DNA of 64,000 bases from Desulfovibrio sp. Lineage in GTDB: Bacteria; Desulfobacterota; Desulfovibrionia; Desulfovibrionales; Desulfovibrionaceae. The first letter of the stretch is position 1, and the number at the start of each line of letters is the position of its first letter. The position numbers and the translations under genes are program-made. The notes under the pieces are model-generated. The model was not told the DNA's origin and ran no database searches. It was given only the letters and a program-made list of their open reading frames with translations. Where the stretch lies: NCBI GenBank assembly GCA_017454855.1, contig JAFTCE010000028.1, positions 23,575-87,574 of the forward strand, written 5' to 3'. Positions 15,494 through 26,081 of this stretch are shown one piece after another.

Positions 15494-17113
15494 ATGCTTG
15501 TGCGCATACATGCATCCCCAGACCAAGAAGCCCTCGGCCATGCCTTGGACATACCTCTTTCGGCCACCCCCGGGCAGACGCTTTCGCAAGCCATCTGGCT
15601 ATCAGGACGCATACCCCCCTTGCCCCTATGCGCTGGTCTGGGCCGCTGTGGCCGCTGCCGCGTACGGTTTTTGAATGCCCCACCACCACCCCTACCTGCG
15701 GAGATACGCTGCCTTTCCGCAAACGACTTGGCTGAAGGTTGGCGGCTGGCCTGTCGGCAACGCGTCCCGGAAGGTATGACCGAAGTTTCCCTCGAACTGC
15801 CCACGGCAAGCCTGGCCAGGTCAGAAGACAGAACCTTCTTCAGGGGAACAACAACGCGCTCCGACTTGCCAGAATTGGCCCTGGCCGTTGACCTGGGAAC
15901 AACATCCCTCTGTTGGCGCGCACTAGATGCCCAAAACGGCGCAACACTGGCCGATGGGCAGGCACTCAATCCCCAAGCAGGAGCCGGAGCGGACGTCATG
16001 TCGCGATTGGCTGTGGCGCAAGCACCCGGCCAACGCCGCCGACTGGCCCATCTGACGCGGCATTTGCTGCGAGGCATCCTGACCGAACTGAAAAGTAGAA
16101 GAATAGGACGCGTCACGCGCATCTGCCTAGCAGCCAACACGGCCATGACCGACATCTTTTGCAACAGGGATGTGCGCGGCTTATGCGCCGCCCCCTATCA
16201 GCTCTCCCACAGCGGCAATGAGATGATAGACCTGCCAGGCTTGCCTCCCGTGTATCTGCCTCCCTTGCCGGCGCCCTTTGTAGGCGGCGATACCAGCGCC
16301 GGTCTGGCCAGCCTGCTGGCAAAGGACACGCCCCGCCCCATCCTGTTGGCCGACCTTGGCACTAACGGCGAGCTGGCCCTGCTCACACATCAAAAACAGT
16401 TGTGGCTGACAAGCGTCCCTTTGGGTCCAGCGCTGGAAGGCATCGGTCCAGAGTGCGGACAACTGGTCGGCCCAGGGGTTGTCACCGCCTTTCACTTATG
16501 CCCTACGGGCCTGAAGGCTGTATTCCATGCATCCACAATGCAGGAAAAATTACAAAAAAGTACGGCGCGTGGCATCAGTGCCACTGGCTACCTCTCCCTT
16601 CTGGCCGTGCTTTTGCGCACCGGTATTCTGGACAGGAATGGGCATTTTACCCGCACAGCGACTATGCCCCTAACTCGCCGACTGACCAATGATATACAGC
16701 CTGGCTACGACCATATGGGAACGCGTCTTCGCCTGCCGCACGGTCTCTGGTTGTCTGCCGCCGATATTGAAGACCTGCTCAAGGTCAAAGCTGCCTTTGT
16801 CGTCGCTCTGCAAACCCTCTTTGCCCAGGCGAAGTGCAACATAGCAGATGTGGCTTGCTTCTGCCTAGCCGGAGCCCTGGGCACCTCTGCCGATGTTGCA
16901 GACCTGCTCACGCTGGGCATGATTCCTCCGACGCTGAAGCGCGTCCTGCGCGTGGTGGGCAATGTGGCCCTGGACGGCGCAGAACTGCTCGCTCTGCACG
17001 AAGACATGCGCCCCCCTTTAGCACAACTGTGCGCCCAAGCCCATGTACTCTGTCTCGCGGATGACCCGCACTTTCACAACAACTACCTACGCCAAATGCG
17101 TTTTGGAGACTAA
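15494..17113 (+). CDS. ASKHA-domain ATPase with N-terminal [2Fe-2S] ferredoxin domain (DUF4445/RACo-like)
   Basis: CAGLGRCGRC...RLAC cluster motif, AVDLGTT, FVGGDTSAG, LADLGTNGE. Confidence 0.85.
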   Translation: MLVRIHASPDQEALGHALDIPLSATPGQTLSQAIWLSGRIPPLPLCAGLGRCGRCRVRFLNAPPPPLPAEIRCLSANDLAEGWRLACRQRVPEGMTEVSLELPTASLARSEDRTFFRGTTTRSDLPELALAVDLGTTSLCWRALDAQNGATLADGQALNPQAGAGADVMSRLAVAQAPGQRRRLAHLTRHLLRGILTELKSRRIGRVTRICLAANTAMTDIFCNRDVRGLCAAPYQLSHSGNEMIDLPGLPPVYLPPLPAPFVGGDTSAGLASLLAKDTPRPILLADLGTNGELALLTHQKQLWLTSVPLGPALEGIGPECGQLVGPGVVTAFHLCPTGLKAVFHASTMQEKLQKSTARGISATGYLSLLAVLLRTGILDRNGHFTRTATMPLTRRLTNDIQPGYDHMGTRLRLPHGLWLSAADIEDLLKVKAAFVVALQTLFAQAKCNIADVACFCLAGALGTSADVADLLTLGMIPPTLKRVLRVVGNVALDGAELLALHEDMRPPLAQLCAQAHVLCLADDPHFHNNYLRQMRFGD

Positions 17114-18520
17114 ATGTCCCCTCGCAACATTGCCACGAATCCCCCCGCTCACCCCCATCCAAACGCCCGCCGAGCAGCAGGACGACGTACGGAATTGTCC
17201 TGGCCCGATGCGCTGCCACTCTTCCCGCCATTACCCGAAGAAGCCCGCTCCCTGCTGACGCGCCTCCCCGAAGCCCTACACCAGGTACGACCGCTCCAGA
17301 CCACGCACAAGCGTTCCCTGCCGGAAGACGTGGCCGCTCTCTCACAACGGCTGACAAGGGAGCGCGCATGGCTGTCCAGACCCTATTGGAGCCATCCCGC
17401 AGCCGTGAGCGCCTATCTCCACTATTTTCTGCCCTGGAATCTGGTGCGCCTCACACGGCTGCTCGCCAGCCTGCCCCTGCCAGACCCGCGAACCTCCGGC
17501 CCAAAACGCGCCCTCTTCCTGGACATGGGTTCTGGCCCGCTCACCCTGCCCCTGGCCCTCTGGCTGGCCCGCCCACAGTGGCGCAGTGCGCCCATAAGCG
17601 TTTTGGCTCTCGACAACTCCCCCCAACCCCTACAGCTAGGCCGCGCACTCATGGAAGCGCTGGCAGCGTTGACGGGGTTTCCGCTCTGGCCCATACGCAC
17701 AGTTCGAGCGCCACTGTGGAAGGCTACGCAGCATGCCGCCGTCCTGGTGGACAAAGGAGACATGCGACCCTGGCTGATCAGCGCTGCCAACGTTCTCAAC
17801 GAGGCCATGGAGACGCGCTCCCGCAGGCGTATTGGCGAAGATCATGCGGAAATGGACAATGATGAGACGGCCCATGATGTCGTCATGGACAGGACACAGG
17901 CCGCAGAAGACGATACCCTTGACATGCGCCTGGACAATTTGCTGGACTCTCTGGCGCCGTTCCTGGAATGGCCAGAATCTGCCAACGTCCATGGTACGCC
18001 CTGGCCCGCCCTGCTCTTTGTGGAACCAGGCACCCGTTTGGGAGGCGGAACCATCATGCGTCTGCGTCGCTTGGCAGTGGAAGGCGGACTGACAATCCTG
18101 GCCCCCTGCACACACCAAGATGCCTGTCCCCTGCAACGCAGCCGCACTTGGTGTCATTTTACCTTTACTTGCGAAGGTGCGCCTGCATGGCTGACGCAGC
18201 TTTCCGCCAGAGCCGGACTCGCCAAGGACAGCCTCAGCCTCTCACCCCTTTTGATCTCTGCCCCAGCTTCACGTCTGCGGAATGACAACAGGCAGTGCGT
18301 CCGGGTGCTTTCCTCGCCTCTACGCGTTCCGGGCCTGCGCGGCAAGGCGCGCTATGCCTGCTCAGCCCAAGGGCTGTTTCTGCTGGAAGACGTAGAAAAG
18401 CTGGCTTGCGGCGATCTGCTGCCCGCATCCCCTGGAGGACAACGCGACCACAAAAGCGGCGCACGCATTGCACGACCTGCGCTCAAGATTCCCGGGCATT
18501 CTCCTGGGCGAGATAAATGA
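17114..18520 (+). CDS. Rsm22-family putative SAM-dependent methyltransferase
   Basis: AYLHYFLPWN, FLDMGSGP (SAM motif), VEPGTRLGG, APCTHQDACPL...WCHF. Confidence 0.75.
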   Translation: MSPRNIATNPPAHPHPNARRAAGRRTELSWPDALPLFPPLPEEARSLLTRLPEALHQVRPLQTTHKRSLPEDVAALSQRLTRERAWLSRPYWSHPAAVSAYLHYFLPWNLVRLTRLLASLPLPDPRTSGPKRALFLDMGSGPLTLPLALWLARPQWRSAPISVLALDNSPQPLQLGRALMEALAALTGFPLWPIRTVRAPLWKATQHAAVLVDKGDMRPWLISAANVLNEAMETRSRRRIGEDHAEMDNDETAHDVVMDRTQAAEDDTLDMRLDNLLDSLAPFLEWPESANVHGTPWPALLFVEPGTRLGGGTIMRLRRLAVEGGLTILAPCTHQDACPLQRSRTWCHFTFTCEGAPAWLTQLSARAGLAKDSLSLSPLLISAPASRLRNDNRQCVRVLSSPLRVPGLRGKARYACSAQGLFLLEDVEKLACGDLLPASPGGQRDHKSGARIARPALKIPGHSPGRDK

Positions 18521-19790
18521 CATCTTCAAGCATGGATAGCAGTTCCGCCAGGATGCCGCCGCCATACATGGGATGCCCAAACAGCGCTGTGCGCTGTTGT
18601 GCCAGCCAGCGCCTGTCCACGACGTTAGGAAGCGTCGGCCCAAGACTTTCCGCCAAGCGGCAAGCCAGCACATGATCTTCCGCCCCGGCGGCAAAAATGT
18701 GTTCCAATGCGGCAAAGCGTTCGCAGCCAGAGCGCCAACAGGCCAAAGCAGCTGGGGTGGGTTCCAGCTCCAACAGCGTACACAAAGCCGCATGCAGATT
18801 GTTGCAGCCAGCCCCGGGCAGGCTGGTACGCCACCCCCAAAGCCAATGTGTGCGGGCAAAAAATAGATGATGCTCCACGGCAAGATCCAGTAGCGCACGC
18901 ATATGCCGCAGAGCGTCGCGCAAAGGCTGACTTTCCCGGGAGTGTGGCCAGACGTCACCAGGACGGCGAAGTTGCCACAACGGCACTTCCACCGCCGAGG
19001 GGGTTACATGCGTCATGCTTGCGAGCAACTGCGCCAGCCAGGCATTGGCCTGCGCACTGTGCGGCGTCTCCAAATGCGAATAACTCAAGACGTAACGGCC
19101 AGCGCCATAGTCCCCGCTGACGACAAGAGGCCGACCTTCCAGAAAATCAGCGGACACATTGACGCCATACAAGTCTTTCCAATGGGCAATGGCCTTGCCT
19201 GGCAGTTTTTGCAAGGGCAGATCGCCTAGCCAAAAATCCCTGTCCGGACATTGGGCCACTGCCAGAACCTGAACGTCCGTATCTTGTCGGGACTCGAATT
19301 GCCCCGGCCACCAGACTGGCAGCGCGTACAGGCCATCCCCGCTCTGGCAGTGGCCAAAACGTGGTGAGAACTCCAGCCCACAGTTGACGCTCGCCCGCAC
19401 ATGACCTGAAATAAGATGATGCAATCGCTGCGGATAGGAGGCCCGTTTCCAAGGACAGACATTCAGCCCGTCATCGGCATGAACCTGTGTCAAGGCAAGA
19501 CCAGCGCCGCCGCAAAAACCGAGATAGGCATTGCCAGCCGCAAGCCATCGACGCACGGCTTCACGCCCCTTGGCCCCCAGTGCCCTGGCCTTTAGCCGTG
19601 CGCTGCCCCCGGGAACCAGGAGCAGGCCACGTGCCCCTGGTTGCGACTTGCGTAAAAGGCTGCCTTCGGCTATGTCTTGTGCCTTGACCAGACGACAGGG
19701 CAGCCCCAGCGCGCGTACGGCGCGCCAGGCCATAAGGCCCCAGATATGGGATGCGTCCCAAAGGATAAGAACAGGTTGTCCAGCAAACAT
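18483..19790 (-). CDS. BPL-N-like (class I glutamine amidotransferase fold) protein
   Basis: LLVPGG...YLGFCGGA nucleophile-elbow motif and SHLE His-x-Glu motif. Confidence 0.65.
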   Translation of the reverse strand: MFAGQPVLILWDASHIWGLMAWRAVRALGLPCRLVKAQDIAEGSLLRKSQPGARGLLLVPGGSARLKARALGAKGREAVRRWLAAGNAYLGFCGGAGLALTQVHADDGLNVCPWKRASYPQRLHHLISGHVRASVNCGLEFSPRFGHCQSGDGLYALPVWWPGQFESRQDTDVQVLAVAQCPDRDFWLGDLPLQKLPGKAIAHWKDLYGVNVSADFLEGRPLVVSGDYGAGRYVLSYSHLETPHSAQANAWLAQLLASMTHVTPSAVEVPLWQLRRPGDVWPHSRESQPLRDALRHMRALLDLAVEHHLFFARTHWLWGWRTSLPGAGCNNLHAALCTLLELEPTPAALACWRSGCERFAALEHIFAAGAEDHVLACRLAESLGPTLPNVVDRRWLAQQRTALFGHPMYGGGILAELLSMLEDVIYLAQENARES

Positions 19791-19825
19791 GCCGTACTAT
19801 CGCCGCCTTTCAGGGAGAATGCAAG

Positions 19826-22525
19826 ATGGCTGAAACACTGCCCAAGGGCTATGAACCGCAAGACGTAGAAACCCGCTGGCGCAAACACTGGGAAGAAAAC
19901 AAGACGTTTACGCCCGATCCAGAAGCGCCAGGTGAACCGTATGCCATTGTCATTCCACCGCCCAACGTCACTGGTGCGCTCCATATTGGCCATGCGCTCA
20001 ACTTGACGCTCATCGACGTTCTCTGTCGTCACGCGAGACAAAAGGGCAAAAATGTCCTCTGGATTCCCGGAACGGATCACGCAGGCATTTCCACGCAGCA
20101 TGTCGTTGAGCGCGCCCTGGCCAAGGAAGGGAAAAACCGCCGAGATCTGGGCAGGACAGCTTTTGTCGAGCGCGTCTGGGCCTGGCGCGATGAATACGGC
20201 CATCGCATTCTTGACCAAATTTCCGCCATGGGCGCCTCCGTGGACTGGACGCGTCTTCGCTTTACCATGGACGAAGGCCTTTCTGCTGCCGTGCGCAAGG
20301 TCTTTGTACGCCTATACCAGGAAGGACTGATCTACAAGGGCAAGTACATCATCAATTGGTGTTCGCGCTGCCACACCGCCTTGGCCGACGACGAGGTCGA
20401 ACACGAGCCGCACAGGGGCCAGCTCTGGAAGGTGCGCTACCCCCTGGGCGACGGCACGGGACATATTACCGTGGCCACCACGCGGCCCGAGACCATCCCT
20501 GGCGACACGGCAGTGTGCGTACATCCCGAAGATGAGCGCTATGCTTCCTTGATTGGCAAGACAGCACTGGTGCCCGTGCTGGGACGCGAAATACCCATTA
20601 TCGCCGATAGCTATGTGGATAGGGAATTTGGCACCGGCGCGCTCAAGGTCACGCCCTGCCATGATCACAACGACTGGAATCTGGGCCAAAAGCATCATCT
20701 GGAATTTCTCCAGGTCATTGACGAAAACGGTGTCATGACGGACGATGCCGGTTCCTACGCGGGCCTGAGCAAGGACGCCTGTCGGCAGAAAATCGTGGAC
20801 GACATCCAGGCAGCCGGTCTGTTGGAAGACGTTGAGGAACTAGATCACGCCGTGGGCCACTGTTATCGCTGCCATACAGTCGTGGAACCGCACGTCTCCA
20901 CACAATGGTTCGTAGCCGCCACAAAGCTGGCCCCGGTTGCCCGTGAGGCCGTGCCCGCCCTGACGCAAATTTTTCCAGAAACCTGGCTCAAAACCTATTA
21001 CCACTGGCTGGACACCATCCGTGATTGGTGCATCAGTCGCCAGATATGGTGGGGTCATCGCATTCCGGCTTGGACATGCAAGGACTGCGGCGAACTCATT
21101 GTGGCCGAGCAAGCCCCTGAGACCTGCCCCCAATGCGCCGGACACAACTTGAAACAAGAAGAGGACGTCCTGGACACGTGGTTTTCCTCCGCATTATGGC
21201 CATTCTCCACCCTGGGCTGGCCGGAAAACACTCGGGATGTACAGCGCTGGTATCCCACGACGGTTCTGGTAACGGGCTTTGACATCCTCTTTTTCTGGGT
21301 GGCCCGCATGATGATGATGGGCCTGCACTTCATGGGCAAGCCTCCCTTTGGCCATGTCTACCTGCACGCCTTGGTTCGCGATGCCCAGGGTCACAAAATG
21401 TCCAAATCAGCAGGCAATGGCATTGACCCGCGCGAAATGATCGCCAAATACGGCTGTGATGCCCTGCGCTTCACGCTCACTGCCTTTGCTGCCATGGGCC
21501 GTGACATCCGCCTTTCCGAAGATCGCATCGAAGGCTACCGCCATTTCATCAATAAGCTCTGGAATGCGGCGCGCTTTGCCCTCATGAATCTGCCGGAAAA
21601 TGCGCCTCGCCCGGTAAACCTGGAAACCGTTTCCGAACTGCACCACCAATGGCTGCTGCACCGTCTGGAAATGGTTAAATGCGACATGGATCGGGCGCTG
21701 GAAGAATATCGCTTCAATGATGCTGCACAGCTGGGCTACAAATTCCTGTGGAACGAATTTTGCGACTGGTATCTGGAGCTGATCAAGCCTGACATGCAGA
21801 GCGACGACAGGCGCAGGAACACAGCGCAATATGTACTCTGGCTGTCCTTACGTGAAATCCTCGTGCTGCTGCACCCCATCATTCCCTTTGTCACAGCCGA
21901 AATATGGGCGGCCTTGCCCGTGCCTGCGGGAAGCACGGCCACGGACCTCGCACTGGAACCCTACCCTCGCCAGCGGCCAGCCTGCCAACGTCCGACAGAA
22001 GCCGCACACATGGAGTTTCTGCAAAATACCATCGTGGCCGTTCGCACCATCAAGGCAGAACTTGGCATCAGCCCGGGACACAAAGCCAGCCTCATCCTGC
22101 ATCCCGTTGACGCTGCTCAGAACGCCCTGCTGGAAGAAAATCGTTCCTGCATTGTCACCCTGGCCCGACTGGAGACACTCACCATCGACGCAACGGCCCC
22201 GGCGCCTCGAGCCTCGGCTTCGGCTGTTGTGGATGGCTGCCAAGTTATCGTGCCCCTCAAGGGCATGGTGGATCTCCATGCAGAACTTGCCCGACTGGAC
22301 AAGGAACTGGCCAAGGTGGAAAACGACCTCGTCCTGACCAACAAAAAACTGCACAACGAATCCTTCATGAGCCGTGCGCCTGCCGACGTCGTCAACCGTG
22401 AACGCGAACGGGCGGAAAAACTCTTGGATGCCAAAGACAAGATGCTGAAATTGCGCGCACGCTTTGCCGAGGCACTGGAAGATGACGGACAAAGCAGCAG
22501 TTGTGAAGTGCCGCAAAAGCCATGA
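19826..22525 (+). CDS. valS: Valine-tRNA ligase
   Basis: PPPNVTGALHIGH, DWCISRQIWWGHRIP, KMSKS, C-terminal coiled coil. Confidence 0.98.
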   Translation: MAETLPKGYEPQDVETRWRKHWEENKTFTPDPEAPGEPYAIVIPPPNVTGALHIGHALNLTLIDVLCRHARQKGKNVLWIPGTDHAGISTQHVVERALAKEGKNRRDLGRTAFVERVWAWRDEYGHRILDQISAMGASVDWTRLRFTMDEGLSAAVRKVFVRLYQEGLIYKGKYIINWCSRCHTALADDEVEHEPHRGQLWKVRYPLGDGTGHITVATTRPETIPGDTAVCVHPEDERYASLIGKTALVPVLGREIPIIADSYVDREFGTGALKVTPCHDHNDWNLGQKHHLEFLQVIDENGVMTDDAGSYAGLSKDACRQKIVDDIQAAGLLEDVEELDHAVGHCYRCHTVVEPHVSTQWFVAATKLAPVAREAVPALTQIFPETWLKTYYHWLDTIRDWCISRQIWWGHRIPAWTCKDCGELIVAEQAPETCPQCAGHNLKQEEDVLDTWFSSALWPFSTLGWPENTRDVQRWYPTTVLVTGFDILFFWVARMMMMGLHFMGKPPFGHVYLHALVRDAQGHKMSKSAGNGIDPREMIAKYGCDALRFTLTAFAAMGRDIRLSEDRIEGYRHFINKLWNAARFALMNLPENAPRPVNLETVSELHHQWLLHRLEMVKCDMDRALEEYRFNDAAQLGYKFLWNEFCDWYLELIKPDMQSDDRRRNTAQYVLWLSLREILVLLHPIIPFVTAEIWAALPVPAGSTATDLALEPYPRQRPACQRPTEAAHMEFLQNTIVAVRTIKAELGISPGHKASLILHPVDAAQNALLEENRSCIVTLARLETLTIDATAPAPRASASAVVDGCQVIVPLKGMVDLHAELARLDKELAKVENDLVLTNKKLHNESFMSRAPADVVNRERERAEKLLDAKDKMLKLRARFAEALEDDGQSSSCEVPQKP

Positions 22526-22608
22526 CCGTGTATCCAAGACCGAAGAAATGGGGCATACGCTGCAGCGTACTGCAAAAGCATGTACTCGCCTTAAAAAAAC
22601 GTTTTTTG

Positions 22609-22637
22609 TTGACAGACAGGCAGGGAAAGGATATTTG
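22609..22637 (+). promoter_or_regulatory. Possible sigma70 promoter of the str operon
   Basis: Perfect TTGACA, 17 nt, then a weak -10 (TATTTG), upstream of rpsL. Confidence 0.4.
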
Positions 22638-22700
22638 GAAACTTTCTTTTTTTAGGTCTGTCCAGAGCATGTGTTTAACAAATACCTGGAGGAGGCATCC

Positions 22701-23072
22701 ATGCCCACAATCAACCAGCTTATCCGCATCGAGCGGAAGGCTGTGGTGAAACGCAAGAAAACCCCTGCGCTGCAGGCATGCCCGCAACGCCGCGGCGTGT
22801 GTACGCGCGTCTACACCACGACCCCCAAAAAGCCCAACTCCGCTCTGCGCAAGGTCGCCCGTGTTCGGCTGACCAACGGCATTGAGGTCACGGCATACAT
22901 TCCCGGCGAAGGGCACACGCTGCAAGAACACTCGGTAGTGATCATTCGCGGCGGTCGTGTAAAAGACCTGCCTGGTGTGCGTTACCATATCGTGCGCGGT
23001 ACCCTGGACACCTCCGGCGTCAACGATCGTCGCAAAAGTCGATCCAAATACGGCGCCAAACGTCCTAAATAA
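22701..23072 (+). CDS. rpsL: 30S ribosomal protein S12
   Basis: [37 protein letters not shown]. Confidence 0.99.
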   Translation: MPTINQLIRIERKAVVKRKKTPALQACPQRRGVCTRVYTTTPKKPNSALRKVARVRLTNGIEVTAYIPGEGHTLQEHSVVIIRGGRVKDLPGVRYHIVRGTLDTSGVNDRRKSRSKYGAKRPK

Positions 23073-23196
23073 TTTTTTATCACAGTTTTTACATTTTTTT
23101 GCCGTTGACGTACGCCATGTGTTGTTCGGCCTGCCCTGTTGAGCGCCGTCAGCACGGGGTTGGTGACGTCACAGACAGTTTCTAAGGAGAAACCCC

Positions 23197-23667
23197 ATGC
23201 CCCGCAAAGGTCCAGTCCCCAAGAGGGAAGTACTGCCCGATCCCTTGTATTCCAGCCGGTTGGTCACCAAATTCGTGAACCGGCTCATGTATAATGGCAA
23301 AAAAGGCGCTGCCGAAAAAATTTTTTACAGCTCATTGGAATCGCTGGCGGAAAAAACCGGTGAAGACCCCATGCGTGCCTTTGAAAAGGCTCTTGACAAT
23401 GTGAAGCCGCATATGGAAGTCAAATCTCGCCGCGTCGGCGGAGCTACCTATCAGGTACCCATGGAAGTACGCCCTGAGCGCCAGATTTCCCTCTCCATCC
23501 GCTGGATCATCACCAATGCGCGTTCGCGCGGAGAAAAGGGCATGACTGCCAAACTTTCCGCTGAATTGCTCGATGCCTTCAACGGACGCGGCGGAGCGGT
23601 GAGAAAGCGTGAAGATACACACCGCATGGCCGACGCCAACAAGGCCTTTGCCCACTATCGCTGGTAA
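23197..23667 (+). CDS. rpsG: 30S ribosomal protein S7
   Basis: MPRKG..., [26 protein letters not shown]. Confidence 0.99.
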   Translation: MPRKGPVPKREVLPDPLYSSRLVTKFVNRLMYNGKKGAAEKIFYSSLESLAEKTGEDPMRAFEKALDNVKPHMEVKSRRVGGATYQVPMEVRPERQISLSIRWIITNARSRGEKGMTAKLSAELLDAFNGRGGAVRKREDTHRMADANKAFAHYRW

Positions 23668-23807
23668 GCGGGAGTCTTTTTCTCCCCTGTTACGCCTGAT
23701 GCACGACGCCGTCCCTGAAAGGAACGGCGTCGCCTTTGTCCCCTTAGCATCTGCAGACAAAACGGCATGTCAGTTCCGAAATGCCACGTTTTGCAGGAGG
23801 AAATACC

Positions 23808-25886
23808 GTGTCCCGCACCACACCCGTGAACAAACAGCGTAATATCGGCATCATGGCGCATATTGATGCCGGCAAGACCACGACAACCGAGCGCATTCTT
23901 TTCTACACCGGCGTCAACCACAAAATTGGCGAAACGCATGACGGCGAGTCCACCATGGACTGGATGGAGCAAGAACAGGAGCGCGGCATAACCATTACGT
24001 CCGCCGCCACTACCTGCTTTTGGAAGGACTGTCGTATTAATATCATTGATACTCCCGGCCATGTGGATTTCACCATCGAAGTGGAGCGCTCCCTGCGCGT
24101 GCTGGATGGCGCTGTCTGCGTGTTTGACGCCGTGGCCGGCGTTGAACCGCAATCTGAGACCGTATGGCGTCAGGCCGATCGTTACCATGTACCCCGCATT
24201 TGCTTTGTGAACAAGATGGATCGCATTGGGGCAAATTTTTTCCACTGCGTGGAGATGATCCACGAACGCCTTGGAGCCAAGGCCGTGCCCCTGCAACTGC
24301 CCATCGGCAGCGAAGATAAATTTGAAGGCGTCGTAGACCTTGTGCGCGGTAAGGCCGTCCGCTTCGACAAATCCACCAAGGGCGCACAGTTCTTCATTGG
24401 CGACATCCCAGCTGACATGCAGCAGATCTTCGAGGAAAAACACCACGAGCTGCTGGAAGCCGTGGCAGAAGAAGATGAAACCCTGCTAGAGAAATATCTC
24501 GGCGGCGAAACATTGACAGAAGAAGAAATCATCTCCTGCATCCGCAAGGCCACCATTGCTCGCAATATCGTACCAGTGCTGTTGGGATCCGCCTTCCGCA
24601 ACATGGGCGTACAGCCCTTGCTGGATGCCGTTGTGGACTATCTGCCTTCACCCGTTGACATTCCCCCCACGCCCGGCCACGTCCCCGGCAAGGAGGAGGA
24701 GATTCTGGAATGCCACTGCGACGACAAGGAACCCCTTGCAGGCCTTGTCTTCAAACTCTTTTCCGATCCATTCATCGGCCATCTCTCCTTTTTCCGCATT
24801 TATTCCGGCTACTTGGAAAGCGGCATGACGGTATTCAATGCCAACACATCTAAGCGCGAACGCATAGGCCGCATTCTCAAAATGCATGCCAATAAACGCG
24901 AAGATGTCAAATGGGCTGGCGCAGGCGACATCGTGGCGCTTGTGGGCCTGAAAAATGCTTCAACCGGCGATACACTCTGTGATGAAAAACGCGCCGTCAT
25001 TCTTGAATCTCTCAATATCCCGGAACCTGTCATCGAAGTGGCCATTGAGCCCAAGACCAAGGCGGATCGCGACGCCCTTTCCGCTGCACTGAACAAACTG
25101 GCCAAGGAAGACCCCTCTTTCCGCGTCAAGGGTGATGAAGAAACCAATCAGACCCTCATTGCCGGCATGGGTGAGCTGCATCTGGAAATCATCGTCGACC
25201 GCCTCACCCGCGAATTTAACGTCAACGCCAATGTGGGCAAGCCTCAGGTTGCCTATCGGGAGACCATTTCCAAGCCCTCCAAATCTGACCTCAAGTATGC
25301 CAAGCAATCCGGCGGTCGGGGCCAGTATGGTCATGTGGTCATTGAGATTGAACCCAATCCGGCCAAGGGCTACGAATTTGTTAACTCCATCACCGGCGGC
25401 GTCATTCCTAAGGAATACATACCGGCTGTGGACAAGGGCATTCAGGATGCGCTCAAAAGCGGCGTACTGGCTGGTTTCCCTGTGGTGGATGTCAAGGTCA
25501 ATCTCGTTTTCGGTTCCTACCATGAAGTGGACTCCTCGGAACAAGCCTTCTATGTGGCCGGTTCCATGTCTATCAAGGACGCCATGAAAAAGGCCAGCCC
25601 GATTCTGCTGGAACCCATCATGGATGTAGAAGTCGTTACCCCCGAGGAATATCTTGGCGATGTCATGGGTGACCTCAATGGCCGTCGCGGTCGTGTGCAA
25701 AATATGGACGCACGGGCGGGCGGGGTGCAGAGCGTACGCGCCCAGGTGCCCTTGGCCTCCATGTTTGGCTATGCCACGGATTTACGCTCACGCACACAGG
25801 GACGCGCCACCTTCACCATGCAGTTTGACCATTATGAACGTGTGCCCCAAGCCCTTGCGGACGAAATACAAAAATCTCGCAGCTAG
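23808..25886 (+). CDS. fusA: Elongation factor G
   Basis: [29 protein letters not shown] start after AGGAGG. Confidence 0.99.
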   Translation: MSRTTPVNKQRNIGIMAHIDAGKTTTTERILFYTGVNHKIGETHDGESTMDWMEQEQERGITITSAATTCFWKDCRINIIDTPGHVDFTIEVERSLRVLDGAVCVFDAVAGVEPQSETVWRQADRYHVPRICFVNKMDRIGANFFHCVEMIHERLGAKAVPLQLPIGSEDKFEGVVDLVRGKAVRFDKSTKGAQFFIGDIPADMQQIFEEKHHELLEAVAEEDETLLEKYLGGETLTEEEIISCIRKATIARNIVPVLLGSAFRNMGVQPLLDAVVDYLPSPVDIPPTPGHVPGKEEEILECHCDDKEPLAGLVFKLFSDPFIGHLSFFRIYSGYLESGMTVFNANTSKRERIGRILKMHANKREDVKWAGAGDIVALVGLKNASTGDTLCDEKRAVILESLNIPEPVIEVAIEPKTKADRDALSAALNKLAKEDPSFRVKGDEETNQTLIAGMGELHLEIIVDRLTREFNVNANVGKPQVAYRETISKPSKSDLKYAKQSGGRGQYGHVVIEIEPNPAKGYEFVNSITGGVIPKEYIPAVDKGIQDALKSGVLAGFPVVDVKVNLVFGSYHEVDSSEQAFYVAGSMSIKDAMKKASPILLEPIMDVEVVTPEEYLGDVMGDLNGRRGRVQNMDARAGGVQSVRAQVPLASMFGYATDLRSRTQGRATFTMQFDHYERVPQALADEIQKSRS

Positions 25887-26081
25887 GGCAATTTCACTAA
25901 CTGCCCAGGATAGAAGGACATTTGCCACGAACCATGCGGCATCCCGACCATTGTTGCATGGAGAAAAGGTAAACCTGCTCTAATCTTTCTGTGTACAATG
26001 CGCCGACAACGGCGCATTGTTCTTCTCCTCGACGAGAGCAGTATTGCCTGTCAACGCTGCCACAGGCAAAGGAGCTGGAAC

